Shown here piece after piece: positions 7,867 through 16,568 of a DNA stretch of 36,794 bases; within the stretch, counting starts at the first letter, position 1, and the number at the start of each line of letters is the position of its first letter. This DNA is from Gemmatimonadota bacterium (GTDB lineage: Bacteria; Gemmatimonadota; Gemmatimonadetes; Longimicrobiales; Gaopeijiaceae), in assembly GCA_039589315.1 (NCBI GenBank), contig JBDHHQ010000073.1, positions 1-36,794 on the forward strand, written 5' to 3'. The translations under genes and the position numbers were made by a program. The notes beneath the pieces were generated by a model. The model made no database searches. It saw nothing but the letters and a program-made list of their open reading frames with translations, and was not told the origin of the DNA.

Positions 7867-8266
7867 GGCGCTGAGACTCGAAGGCATGTGCCCGCTACTG
7901 CAGGTCTTCGACATGCCCACGGCCATCGCGTTCTATCGCGATGTCCTGGGGTTCGTGGTCGTCGATTCCGCTCCGCCCGGGGACGACTGGGACTGGGTCT
8001 GGCTACGTAGCAATGACGCCGAAGTCATGTTGAACACGGCCTACGAGGTGCCGTACCGCCCCTCCGCGCCGGATCCCGCCCGCGTGGCCGCGCATTCGGA
8101 TACCACCGTGTACTTCGGCTGTCGCGATGTGGACGGCGCCTATGAGTATCTGGCAGGGCAGGGTGTCGAGCTCGAGCCCCCGACGACCGCCCCCTATGGT
8201 ATGCGTCAGCTCTATGTCCGCGATCCCGACGGCTACAACCTCTGCTTCCAGTGGCCAGACGGCTAA
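7865..8266 (+). CDS. VOC family (glyoxalase/bleomycin-resistance-like) protein
   Basis: PLLQVFDM..AIAFYRDVLGF; APYGMRQLYVRDPDGYNLCF; TAA stop lies within GGCTAAC. Confidence 0.92.
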   Translation: MALRLEGMCPLLQVFDMPTAIAFYRDVLGFVVVDSAPPGDDWDWVWLRSNDAEVMLNTAYEVPYRPSAPDPARVAAHSDTTVYFGCRDVDGAYEYLAGQGVELEPPTTAPYGMRQLYVRDPDGYNLCFQWPDG

Positions 8267-8325
8267 CGAGGTCACGGCCCGGGTGGGCTGATGAGTCGGA
8301 CAACAGAATCGCAAAGCCGTTGGAC
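8261..8325 (+). mobile_element. attC-like site with damaged left arm
   Basis: GGCTAAC (holds VOC stop) ... CAACAGAATCGCAAAGCC GTTGGAC (perfect GTTRRRY); right arm resembles those at 361-391 and 1885-1914. Confidence 0.7.
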
Positions 8326-8386
8326 GGCGCCCTGGGGCCGATCCGGAGATCCGACCAGGGCGCCCTCAGGTTGTCTTGCGCCTGTG

Positions 8387-10285
8387 CTATGGAATCGTCG
8401 GAAGGAAGGTTTCCATTTCCACCCGTTGACGCGCCAGATCTTCATCGACGACTCGAACGGCCTCCAGGAACCGTGGGTCATTCCGGACCGTATCCCAGGT
8501 CGGATCGATCTGGAGCATCCGGTAGTTGGGATATCCGGCGGTGACGGCGTCAAGCAGCCGAAGCAGCGCGTCCGCGGGGAGACCCTGGAGCATGAGCGCC
8601 TGAGCGGACGCGTAGAGGACCTGGGGTGAGGTCGCGGAGTCTCTTTCGAGTGCGGCGTCCGCCCTGAGCAGGGCTTCCGTGAGTAGATCACCGACTTCAT
8701 CAGCGCGATCCTGCTGGAGCAGGGCCCAGGCCAGGAGCACTCGCGACTGGACTTGTTGCCCCCACCAGTCCCAATCGGGGTGATCCGTCACCAGAGCACG
8801 GGCAGCGTCTTCGACCCGCCGTGAGTCCCGCTGGCCGAGCCCAAGGCGCATCTCCAACCAGTGGACCTGGGGATCACCCGGGTCTCGTCGCCGGACGATC
8901 GAGAGGGCCTGCTCGGCCGCAGCGAACTCCAGACGCTCGGCCGCGTAGAGAGCCTCGAACACTGCGAGCCAGTAGTAGTCGGGGTCCATCCGTCTGACTT
9001 CGTCCATCCAGCGGCGGTGTTCCTCATCGAGGAGAAGATAGTACGTGTGGTCTGCAACGTGCTCGGCGACGAGTGGATCTGTCGGGGCCACCTTCCGTGC
9101 GCGCGCTATGAGCCTGAGGCCCTGGGCGTGCTGGCGACTCCACCACGCACGCGTCGACAGGCTGATCAGAACCACTTCCCAATTCGGCCGCAGGGCGAGG
9201 GCTCGCTCGTAATCCCCCAGAAGCCGATAGGCCATGGCGTTCTCGGGATCGACTCGCAGTGCCTGCCGCGCGTGGACTCTAGCCGAGTCCCGCATCTCGG
9301 GGCCATAACCCCCCTTTTGTGCCCTTTGCTGATAGGCCATGCCGAGCCAGGCCCACGCGTCGGCGTAATCCGGCGCCACTTTCGTGGCTTGAGCGAAGAA
9401 CTCGAGGGCCTTTTCCACGTCTTCGGGCCCACCCTCGTACAGGTCCCGTCCTCGCAGGACGAGATCGTAAGCGTCGAGGTTCCCGGTGGGAACGGCACGA
9501 ATCCGGCGGGTTTCGTCAGGCGTGAGCGCTGCGTGCAGAGCCGCCGCAATTCGAAGGGTGAGGTCACTTCGGATCTCGAAGAGATTCTCCGTCGTCAGCA
9601 CTTCGTCGTACGTCTGGCCGAACAGATGCGCGTCAGTTTCCGTATCGATCAACTGCACAATGACGCGAATACGATCTCCAACTCGCTCCACCCCTCCTTC
9701 GACGATAGCGCCGACCCCCAACGCCTGACCGATCTCGCGCACGCTCCCCCCGTCGCGATACTCCATCACGGACGTTCGGGAGGTAACCGCCAAGTCTTCA
9801 ATCCGTGAGAGTTGCGTGATGAGCTCGTCGTGTAGACCATCTACGAAGTACCTCTGGTCGGGGACCGAGCTCCGGTTTTCGAGGGGGAGGACTGCGACCG
9901 TGGGCTGACCGAGGGGTGTACGGCGATCGTCGGGGCCACGGTCGCGAGACGAAAGCCACCACACGCCGATTGCCGATGCCCACAGGACCGAAGCGGAGAC
10001 AAACGCTGCCAGCAACCGGGCACGAAAGGCCCCGGTCGAGACCGGTTCGGCCCGCCGGACCCCGGCCGGCGTGACATCGAAGGCCCAGGCCAGGGCAACC
10101 GCGAGGGGGAAACCGAGCGCGAGCAGAAGGAGGACCAGCTGCGCCGTCCAGTTTGGGAGTGCGAGAATCCCGCCCAGCAGGTCCGCAGCTTCCACCAAAG
10201 CCCACGCGACGGCGCCATACAGCAGCGCGACGCGCACGACCTTGCGCTCCTTGAGCTGATCCCAGAACGACGGCCCAAGTGACAT
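8387..10285 (-). CDS. Membrane protein with TolB-like (TolB_N/FlgO-type) domain and TPR repeats
   Basis: LKERKVVRVALLY and LGFPLAVALAWAFDVTP N-terminus; VAVLPLENRS, DGLHDELITQLS, SRTSVMEY; TPR region; C-terminal DPTWDTVRNDPRF. Confidence 0.9.
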   Translation of the reverse strand: MSLGPSFWDQLKERKVVRVALLYGAVAWALVEAADLLGGILALPNWTAQLVLLLLALGFPLAVALAWAFDVTPAGVRRAEPVSTGAFRARLLAAFVSASVLWASAIGVWWLSSRDRGPDDRRTPLGQPTVAVLPLENRSSVPDQRYFVDGLHDELITQLSRIEDLAVTSRTSVMEYRDGGSVREIGQALGVGAIVEGGVERVGDRIRVIVQLIDTETDAHLFGQTYDEVLTTENLFEIRSDLTLRIAAALHAALTPDETRRIRAVPTGNLDAYDLVLRGRDLYEGGPEDVEKALEFFAQATKVAPDYADAWAWLGMAYQQRAQKGGYGPEMRDSARVHARQALRVDPENAMAYRLLGDYERALALRPNWEVVLISLSTRAWWSRQHAQGLRLIARARKVAPTDPLVAEHVADHTYYLLLDEEHRRWMDEVRRMDPDYYWLAVFEALYAAERLEFAAAEQALSIVRRRDPGDPQVHWLEMRLGLGQRDSRRVEDAARALVTDHPDWDWWGQQVQSRVLLAWALLQQDRADEVGDLLTEALLRADAALERDSATSPQVLYASAQALMLQGLPADALLRLLDAVTAGYPNYRMLQIDPTWDTVRNDPRFLEAVRVVDEDLARQRVEMETFLPTIP

Positions 10286-10359
10286 ATCTCGAAGCTAGAC
10301 CGGACTACGAGGCCCCAGCAAGCGCACGGTATGATGGGGGCAGCCGCCCATGCCGAACG

Positions 10360-10456
10360 GACTAACCGCTTGGCCGCAGCCCGCGGTGGTCACGCACCGG
10401 CCAGCGGCCGCCGCCGGGCGCGTGGGAGGTCATGGCCACCCCGGGCGCCGTTACGC
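10360..10456 (+). mobile_element. Degenerate attC-like site
   Basis: GACTAACCGCTTGGCCGCAGCCCGCGGTGG resembles ACCTAACCAGCGGTTGCTGCAGACGCGGTGG (1833-1863); ends in GTTACGC. Confidence 0.5.
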
Positions 10457-10509
10457 GGTATCATCCATGCTGCTCGGACAGCCCGGTTGTCGCCCGGCCC
10501 GGTGTTGGC

Positions 10510-10686
10510 GCGCAGGACGCGATCCACTATCTGAGCGGTGTGGCCTCCCTGAAGTGGCCCCTGCATCGCTGGTACCTGGGGCTGCTCCGCCGCTACCTCC
10601 GAGCGGTGCTTCGAGGGCTCGACTATTACGTGACAACCGAGCGGGATGTGGCGCCAAATCACTGTGGGCGAGTCGGACATGTGTAG
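10510..10686 (+). pseudogene. Probable C-terminal fragment of an SRPBCC-like protein
   Basis: KWPLHRWYLGLLRRYLRAVLRGLDYYVTTERDV resembles the terminal helix of SRPBCC proteins; no matching N-terminus. Confidence 0.4.
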
Positions 10687-12109
10687 CCATCTGAGAGTCC
10701 AATCGGTCCTTGTCGCGTTGGCGATTCCGCTGTGGGGGTGTAGCCCGTCTGACACCGATCCCGTGGACGCCTACATAGAGGGTGTCATCGGCAAGCACCA
10801 CATCCCTGGTCTTGCCCTCGCTGTGGTCAAGAATGGCGAGATCGTCAGGGCGGAGGCTTACGGACTCGCAAACATGGAACTGGATGTGCCGGTGACCCCA
10901 GAGAGCGTCTTCGAGCTAGCCTCCGTGACAAAGCCCTTCACGGCGACAGCCATCATGATGCTCGTCGAAGAAGGGAAGGTCCACCTGGACAGCCCCATCG
11001 GCACGTATCTCGTTGGAACTCCCGACAGCTGGCACGGTGTCACCGTGCGTCATCTGCTCGGTCATACGGCATCCATGTCGGCGCAGACCCGCGAACGAGA
11101 CGACGCGAAGGACTACACGACTGCGGAGATGTTCGAGGCCATCACGCAATGGAAGCTGGACTTCGAGCCAGGAGAGCGGTGGCAATACTTCGATCTGGGC
11201 TACTTCCTACTCGGGATGATCATCGAGAAGCAAAGCGGACAACGATACCGGGAATTCCTCAGGGAGCGGATATTCGAGCCGACGGGCATGACGAAGACCA
11301 CCGTGATCGACCAGTGGGAGATCGTCGAGGATCGTGTAGCGGGGTACACCATCCGGAACGGCAGCCTAGCTCACATCAGGCGTCACACTCAGATCGAGCT
11401 GCCTTCCAGCTTCGGTGTCTTGTCCACCGTCATCGATCTGGCCAAATGGGACGTGGCTCTTGCGTCAGAACGGCTCGTCAGCCGGTCCAGTCTTGAGCAG
11501 ATGTGGACGCCCGTTCGGCTCGCTGACGGATCGACCTATCCATACGGCCTGGGGTGGTTGCTGATGGATCATCGCGGCCACAGACGCATTGCGCACAGCG
11601 GTGATACAGGGACGTACATCGGTCGCTTTCCTGAGCAGGGTCTTACGGTCATCGTCCTGACCAATCTGGGCCACGTACAACAGTTCGCGTGGCACTTGGC
11701 CCTGGGGGTGGCCGGTCACTACGACCCGGCTCTGGTTCCGCCGGACATGTTGAGCCAACGAACGGACCCAGATCCAGGGAGGACGGAGCAGCTGCGGGGA
11801 TTCCTGACGCAGCTAGCCAGCGGTGTAGAGCCCGGTGGCATGACTAACGGGTTGCGTGCGATCCTACCTCGCGCAAGCCGACTCCGCGTGAGTAGCTTCA
11901 AAGGGATCGAGTCCCTCGATCACCTGGCGTGCGACCAAGTCCCGGAGGGTGGGCTGGAGCGGCTCGGCACGAGTGTAAGCCTGATCTGCCATTACAGGGT
12001 TACGACCGGGCAGGGCATGTTCTATGTCACGTTCTGGCTAACGGCGGATAGTAGGGTTGCGGACTTCATGCCGTTCCGAGACTTGGCTGGAGAGGGACTT
12101 GACTGGTAG
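10679..12109 (+). CDS. Serine hydrolase, beta-lactamase/AmpC-like family, probable lipoprotein
   Basis: FELASVTK (SxxK), TVRHLLGHT, F.PGERWQY, YGLGW, HSG; LWGC lipobox-like signal. Confidence 0.92.
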   Translation: MCSHLRVQSVLVALAIPLWGCSPSDTDPVDAYIEGVIGKHHIPGLALAVVKNGEIVRAEAYGLANMELDVPVTPESVFELASVTKPFTATAIMMLVEEGKVHLDSPIGTYLVGTPDSWHGVTVRHLLGHTASMSAQTRERDDAKDYTTAEMFEAITQWKLDFEPGERWQYFDLGYFLLGMIIEKQSGQRYREFLRERIFEPTGMTKTTVIDQWEIVEDRVAGYTIRNGSLAHIRRHTQIELPSSFGVLSTVIDLAKWDVALASERLVSRSSLEQMWTPVRLADGSTYPYGLGWLLMDHRGHRRIAHSGDTGTYIGRFPEQGLTVIVLTNLGHVQQFAWHLALGVAGHYDPALVPPDMLSQRTDPDPGRTEQLRGFLTQLASGVEPGGMTNGLRAILPRASRLRVSSFKGIESLDHLACDQVPEGGLERLGTSVSLICHYRVTTGQGMFYVTFWLTADSRVADFMPFRDLAGEGLDW

Positions 12110-12116
12110 GGTGACC

Positions 12117-12347
12117 ATGACCATGAAGCGATTCGGAAGAGCGGGCTCACTCGAGGTGTGGCTGGCTGCCCTATCGCTGTCGTATCTCGCTGGATGCACG
12201 TCAGGGAGGACCGATATGGATCCCGAGAGACTCAGGGAATTCGCTGCTCAATACACCGCCGCGTGGTCCAGCCAGGACGCCGCCCGTGTCGCGTCGTTCT
12301 ACAGCGTGAGCGGCTCGCTGAAGATCAATGACGGCTACGATCCCTGA
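12117..12347 (+). pseudogene. SnoaL/NTF2-like lipoprotein, truncated
   Basis: LAGC lipobox; LREFAAQYTAAWSSQDAARVASFYS..GSLKINDG then premature stop. Confidence 0.75.
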
Positions 12348-12351
12348 TCAC

Positions 12352-12387
12352 GGGTCGAGCGCACATTCACAGGGTTGAGCGCACATT
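12352..12387. repeat. Direct repeat, 16 bp, period 20
   Basis: GGGTCGAGCGCACATT / GGGTTGAGCGCACATT (15/16). Confidence 0.8.
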
Positions 12388-12528
12388 GCGAGCGCTCCAC
12401 CACAGCACGGTTTTCCCATGAGTACTGTCGGCCTCGCCGTATTCGTGTTCCTTGCCTTTCTGGTGCCAGTACCCCTGCTTCATTGGCTTGACCTGCCGAA
12501 GCGCTCCTCGAGGCCTGAGCCGAAGTAG

Positions 12529-13080
12529 ATGTACGCCGGTCACTTCGCCGCCGGCCTCGTTTTGAAGGCCAAGGAGCCACACGCTCCCATGTGGGGCATC
12601 CTCATCGGCGTTGGTCTCCTTGATCTGCTGTTCGGGCCTTTCGTGCTGGTGGGGCTGGAGCGCGCCTCGGTGACACCAGGTGCCTCGCCCGGATTCTCGC
12701 TGGATCACATCGACTGGTCCCACTCGCTGGTCATGTCAGTGGTCTGGTCTCTCCTGTATGCTGGACTCTTCATTCGCTGGGGAGCTCGAGTGGCTGGAAT
12801 CATGGGGCTTGCCGCTTTTTCGCACTTTCTGTTGGATCTCCCCATGCATCCGCCGGACATGGCCCTTTGGCCGGGCTCAGACATCCATCTAGGACTGGGC
12901 CTCTGGCGAACTCTGCCTCAGGGTTGGTGGTTCGTGGAGTTGGCGGTGATCGTGCCCGCCTGCGTCTACTATCTGCGGAAGGCTCGAACGTCGACCGAGT
13001 TCGGGGGACGCGCCGTCGCCGTCGCCGTCGTGGTGCTCCTGCTTCACGTGACGAACTCCCCGTGGCTTTCCGCTCTGTAG
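12529..13080 (+). CDS. Integral membrane protein, metal-dependent hydrolase-like
   Basis: MYAGHFA, WSHSL, SHFLLDLPMH motifs with several TM segments. Confidence 0.85.
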   Translation: MYAGHFAAGLVLKAKEPHAPMWGILIGVGLLDLLFGPFVLVGLERASVTPGASPGFSLDHIDWSHSLVMSVVWSLLYAGLFIRWGARVAGIMGLAAFSHFLLDLPMHPPDMALWPGSDIHLGLGLWRTLPQGWWFVELAVIVPACVYYLRKARTSTEFGGRAVAVAVVVLLLHVTNSPWLSAL

Positions 13081-13089
13081 TCGGCTGAC

Positions 13090-13170
13090 ATGGAGGAGGT
13101 GATCGGAAGCAGGCTCCGCGACCTCGGCTATGAGCTACCAGCTCCCAGAGTACCGGTCGCCAGCCACGGC
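13090..13170 (+). pseudogene. RidA/YjgF family N-terminal fragment
   Basis: IGSRLRDLGYELPAPRVPVAS is a typical RidA N-terminus; runs straight into the 3' end of the convergent permease. Confidence 0.65.
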
Positions 13171-13172
13171 TC

Positions 13173-15913
13173 TTACTCGGACCCCAGGGCCTCCATAGGA
13201 CTCACCTCGGCGGCCCGCCAGGCGGGCACCCAGGACGCCACGATCGCGACGCCTCCAAGCAGCAGGCCCACTCCGACGAACGTCAGGGGGTCCAGGGCCG
13301 GCACTCCCACCAGTAGTCCCGAGATGAACCTCGTCAGAACCACGGAGCCGATGATCCCCACCAAGACGCCTAGCGCGGCCAGGCCGGCACCCTCTGCGAG
13401 GACGCCGGTCCAGACCTGATGTCGGGCGGCGCCGAGGGCGCTCCGGATCCCGAACTCGCGCGTACGGCTGCCGACCGAGAACGCGAGGACGCCGCCGATG
13501 CCGACGGCTGCGATGACCAGGGCCAGCAGCGCGAACCCGCCGAGAAGCATCGTGTTCAACCTCCGCGGCGCCACGGACTCGTTACCCAGGTCCGCGATCG
13601 TCGCGACGTTGACGATGGGCTGATTCGGATCGCGGGCTAGAACCACCTCGCGAACGCTGGGCACGACTGCGCTCGGAAGAAGGGCGTAACCTGACGATAC
13701 GGGTTGTAGACCGCGTGGCCCGCGTCGGCGTCGAGCCCTCCGTCCCTGGTATCCGTGACCACACCGACGACCGTGCGCCACTCGGGACTCAGGCCCAGGA
13801 ACTTGAACGTGTCGTCGGTCCATGCGATGCGCTGACCGATGGGATTGCGCTCACCGAAGTACGACCGTGCCATCGATTCGTTGATCACAACCACGCCCTG
13901 CGCATCCTCGAGGTCCGTGGTCACGAACTCGCGACCCCGCAGAACCTCGATCCGCATCGTCGCGAAGTAGCCGGGCGACACGACGCGGAAATCCGCTCTG
14001 GGGGCAGGCCCGCCGGGCGTTGGCTCATGCCCTTCGACATCCATCTCCAGACGAGTCGTAAAGCTGCCCCGGTTCGTGAGCGGCACCGAGCTGGTCAGCG
14101 CAGCCCCTTCCACTCCGGGCAGGGCGCGAACGTCGCCCAAGATGGCCAGGTATCGATCCCGGATTTGCGCAGGCGAACGGCCTGCAGTATTGGCGGGAAT
14201 GTCCATCGACAGGATCTGAGCGGTTTCGAAACCTGGATCCACCTGGCTCAGGTGCATCATCGTCCGCAGGAGCAGCCCCGCGCCGATCAAGAGCACGAAC
14301 GACGTTCCGATCTGGGCCACCACCAGCACCCGCTGGGCGCGTTTGGCTCCGGAGCCGACCGTGGATCGGGATCCACCACTCGTCAGCGCGCCACTCACGC
14401 TGTCACCGTCCGGCAACGCGGGCACCAGCGTGAAGAAGACCGAGGCCGCGATTGCCGCGAGGAGCGTGAAGAGGAAGACGGACGAATCGAGCGTGATCTC
14501 GGAAGCGCGCGACGTGAAGCGCTCTGCGAACGTGACGAGAAGGTCGATGCTCACCGAGGCCATGAGCAGCCCGAGCGCTGCTCCGGCGCCTGCCAGAACC
14601 ATGCTCTCGACCAGGAGCTCACGGCGTAGCGCAATCCGGCTCCCACCGAGGGTGACCCGGATCGCCAGCTCGTGATCTCGCCGAAGCACGCGCGTCAACG
14701 TGAGGTTCGCCAGGTTGGCACAGGCGATGATCAGCACGAGGAACGCGGTGCCAAGCAGAATCAGTAGCGTCGGCCGCGCGCGCGCGGTGAGCTGTGCCTT
14801 GAGAGCCGTGACGGTGACCTCGAAGCCCGAGCCTGCATCGTACGCCTCGGGGTGGTCCGCGTGAATTCGCGAAGTGATGGCGGACACTTCGGTGCGGGCC
14901 GACTCGATGGTGGCCTGCGTCGACAGCCGTGCGAATACCTCCGTCATCCGATGGATGCGGTCATGGTTCATCGACGCATCCAGATGGTGCGGACTCGCAG
15001 CCATGTTCACGTAAATGTCGGTGCGCTCGGGATAGGGGGGCGCCGGCTCGGCGACTCCGACGAATGTCGCCGTGCGGCCATTCATCTCGACCGTCTTCCC
15101 GACGATGTCCGGATCGGAGCCGAAGACCGTCCGCCAATACGCATGCGACAGGACGATGACCGCCGGCGCGTCCTCTCCGTCGTCTTCGCGACCCACCGTT
15201 CGGCCGAGAGTCGCGGACAGTCCCATCACCTCGAAGTAGTTCCCCGTCACGATACCTGCCCGCACACGGCGGGGCTGGTCATATCCCAGCATGGTGAACG
15301 AGAGGGCCGAGAACTCCGCCACCGCCTCGAGGGAAGGAGATCCTTGACGGTAGTCGTCGATCTCGGGGACCGAGAACAGGGCGTTCTGGATGCCCACGAG
15401 GGGTGCCTGGTGGCGGAGATACACGAGGCGATCGCCATCTTGGTGAGGGAGCGGACGGAGCAGCACTCCGTTGACGGCGCTGAACATGGCCGTGTTCGCC
15501 CCGATCCCGAGACCCAGCGTCACGATGAAGACCAGCGCGTACGCAGGGTTCTTGGTCAGGCCGCGCGTCGCGTGTCGGATGTCCCTCGAGATCCCGTCCA
15601 GCATCGTCCCCACCCCTCGCCGATTCAGTTCGTTACCACCACCCAGGGCCGCCCGGCCATTCCCACTGCTTCGCCGCACACCGTTGGCGGTTGCCCAGCG
15701 CTCGCGCACGCGGCCCAGCCGCAGGGTCACGCCCGTGGCCACCGCATCCGTGCCTGCGTCCCACCAGAACCGCGCCGTGCCAAGCGCGAGCACACGGTAC
15801 CGCGACTCGGTGCGCTGGCAGGTCAGGTGCCGGGCGAGCTCGCCCCCGAATTCGTCTCTGAACCACCGCGGATAGGCTCGGAGGAGCAGCCGATGGAACA
15901 GCGGTGGTCGCAT
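13173..15913 (-). pseudogene. ABC-type permease (MacB/FtsX duplicated orphan permease), frameshifted
   Basis: LGLGIGANTAMFSAVNGVLLRPLP, LIIACANLANL, QIGTSFVLLIGAGLLLR; C-terminal RTREFGIRSALGA and PAWRAAEVSPMEAL lie in a second frame; shift near 13678. Confidence 0.9.
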
Positions 15914-16275
15914 CACGCGGGCCTGCGCACGACTGCCCGAGCCGCTTCGAGGTCGGATTCCAGGCGGACGATTTCAGCCTCGAGTACCTCTCGCCCGCGG
16001 GGTGTGATGGCATAGAACCGCCAACGCGCGCCCGGCTCCGCGTCCCCAGCGTCCTCTGGAGGATCGGTCTCCTCGATGAGGCCGTCTTGGGTCATCCGGC
16101 GGATGCCGGCGTACAGCGTCCCGGCCCCGAGGGTCACTGCGCCCCTGGTGCGTTCCTCGACCATCCTCTTGATGTGATAGCCGTGGGCGACCCCCTGCGT
16201 CAGGCTGAGGAGGATATGGAACGTCGCCGGCGTGAGCGGGCGAGTCGGTGGCTCGTTGCGCTGGTTCATTGGCAC
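15913..16275 (-). CDS. PadR family transcriptional regulator
   Basis: FHILLSL...HGYHI....GAGTLY..I.RM...GLI...RFYAITPRGREVL; stop overlaps permease ATG (TGATG); start GTG 16275 or ATG 16269. Confidence 0.93.
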   Translation of the reverse strand: MPMNQRNEPPTRPLTPATFHILLSLTQGVAHGYHIKRMVEERTRGAVTLGAGTLYAGIRRMTQDGLIEETDPPEDAGDAEPGARWRFYAITPRGREVLEAEIVRLESDLEAARAVVRRPA

Positions 16276-16306
16276 CCCGGTCCATGCGTCGGCGTCGCCG
16301 ATGCAG

Positions 16307-16348
16307 TATCGACGGTCGATTATCGATGAGTGATTATCGATGATCGAT
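16307..16348. promoter_or_regulatory. Three tandem 14-bp palindromic operator boxes (putative PadR sites)
   Basis: TATCGACGGTCGAT, TATCGATGAGTGAT, TATCGATGATCGAT abutting with exact 14-bp period; AT-rich island upstream of padR. Confidence 0.8.
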
Positions 16349-16375
16349 AATACAGGAGCGGTGCGTGGGCGTCAA
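16347..16375 (-). promoter_or_regulatory. Sigma70-type promoter for padR-permease
   Basis: Minus strand TTGACG (16375-16370), 17-bp spacer, TATTAT (16352-16347). Confidence 0.75.
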
Positions 16376-16390
16376 GATGGGCGGAATCTG

Positions 16391-16491
16391 GACTCGGGAG
16401 GGTCCTGGTCGCCACGCGCGTCTGGAGCGATGAGCCTTGATCGCTTCCTGCTTTCACACATACGGTGTTGAGGTCTGTGACCGCGTTGGGC
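16391..16491 (+). mobile_element. attC-like interior relic
   Basis: GGGAGGGTCCTGGTCGC...GGAGCGATGAGCCTTGATCGCT (identical to 290-311)...TTCACACATACGGTGTT; possible core GTTGGGC at 16485-16491. Confidence 0.75.
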
Positions 16492-16568
16492 AGCCCGGTC
16501 GCCGAGAGCTGCAAGGTCGATAGGATGGCCTGCCAGGCCACAACGGAGCAGGGGGTCGAGGTCGGCGC

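Noticed and set aside
8387..10285. Adenylate cyclase or Ser/Thr kinase call
   Set aside because: Only TM, TolB-like and TPR parts are present; no cyclase or kinase catalytic domain
10679..12109. Antibiotic-resistance island (beta-lactamase, APH, GNATs, VOC)
   Set aside because: Only superfamily-level motifs; none recognisable as a characterised resistance gene, and the APH is interrupted
219..16491. Recurrent GGAGCGATGAGCCTTGATCGC / CGGTGTTCACGTCGCTGCGCG repeats as a CRISPR array
   Set aside because: Copies are kilobases apart, separated by whole genes and degenerate; no regular spacers and no cas genes
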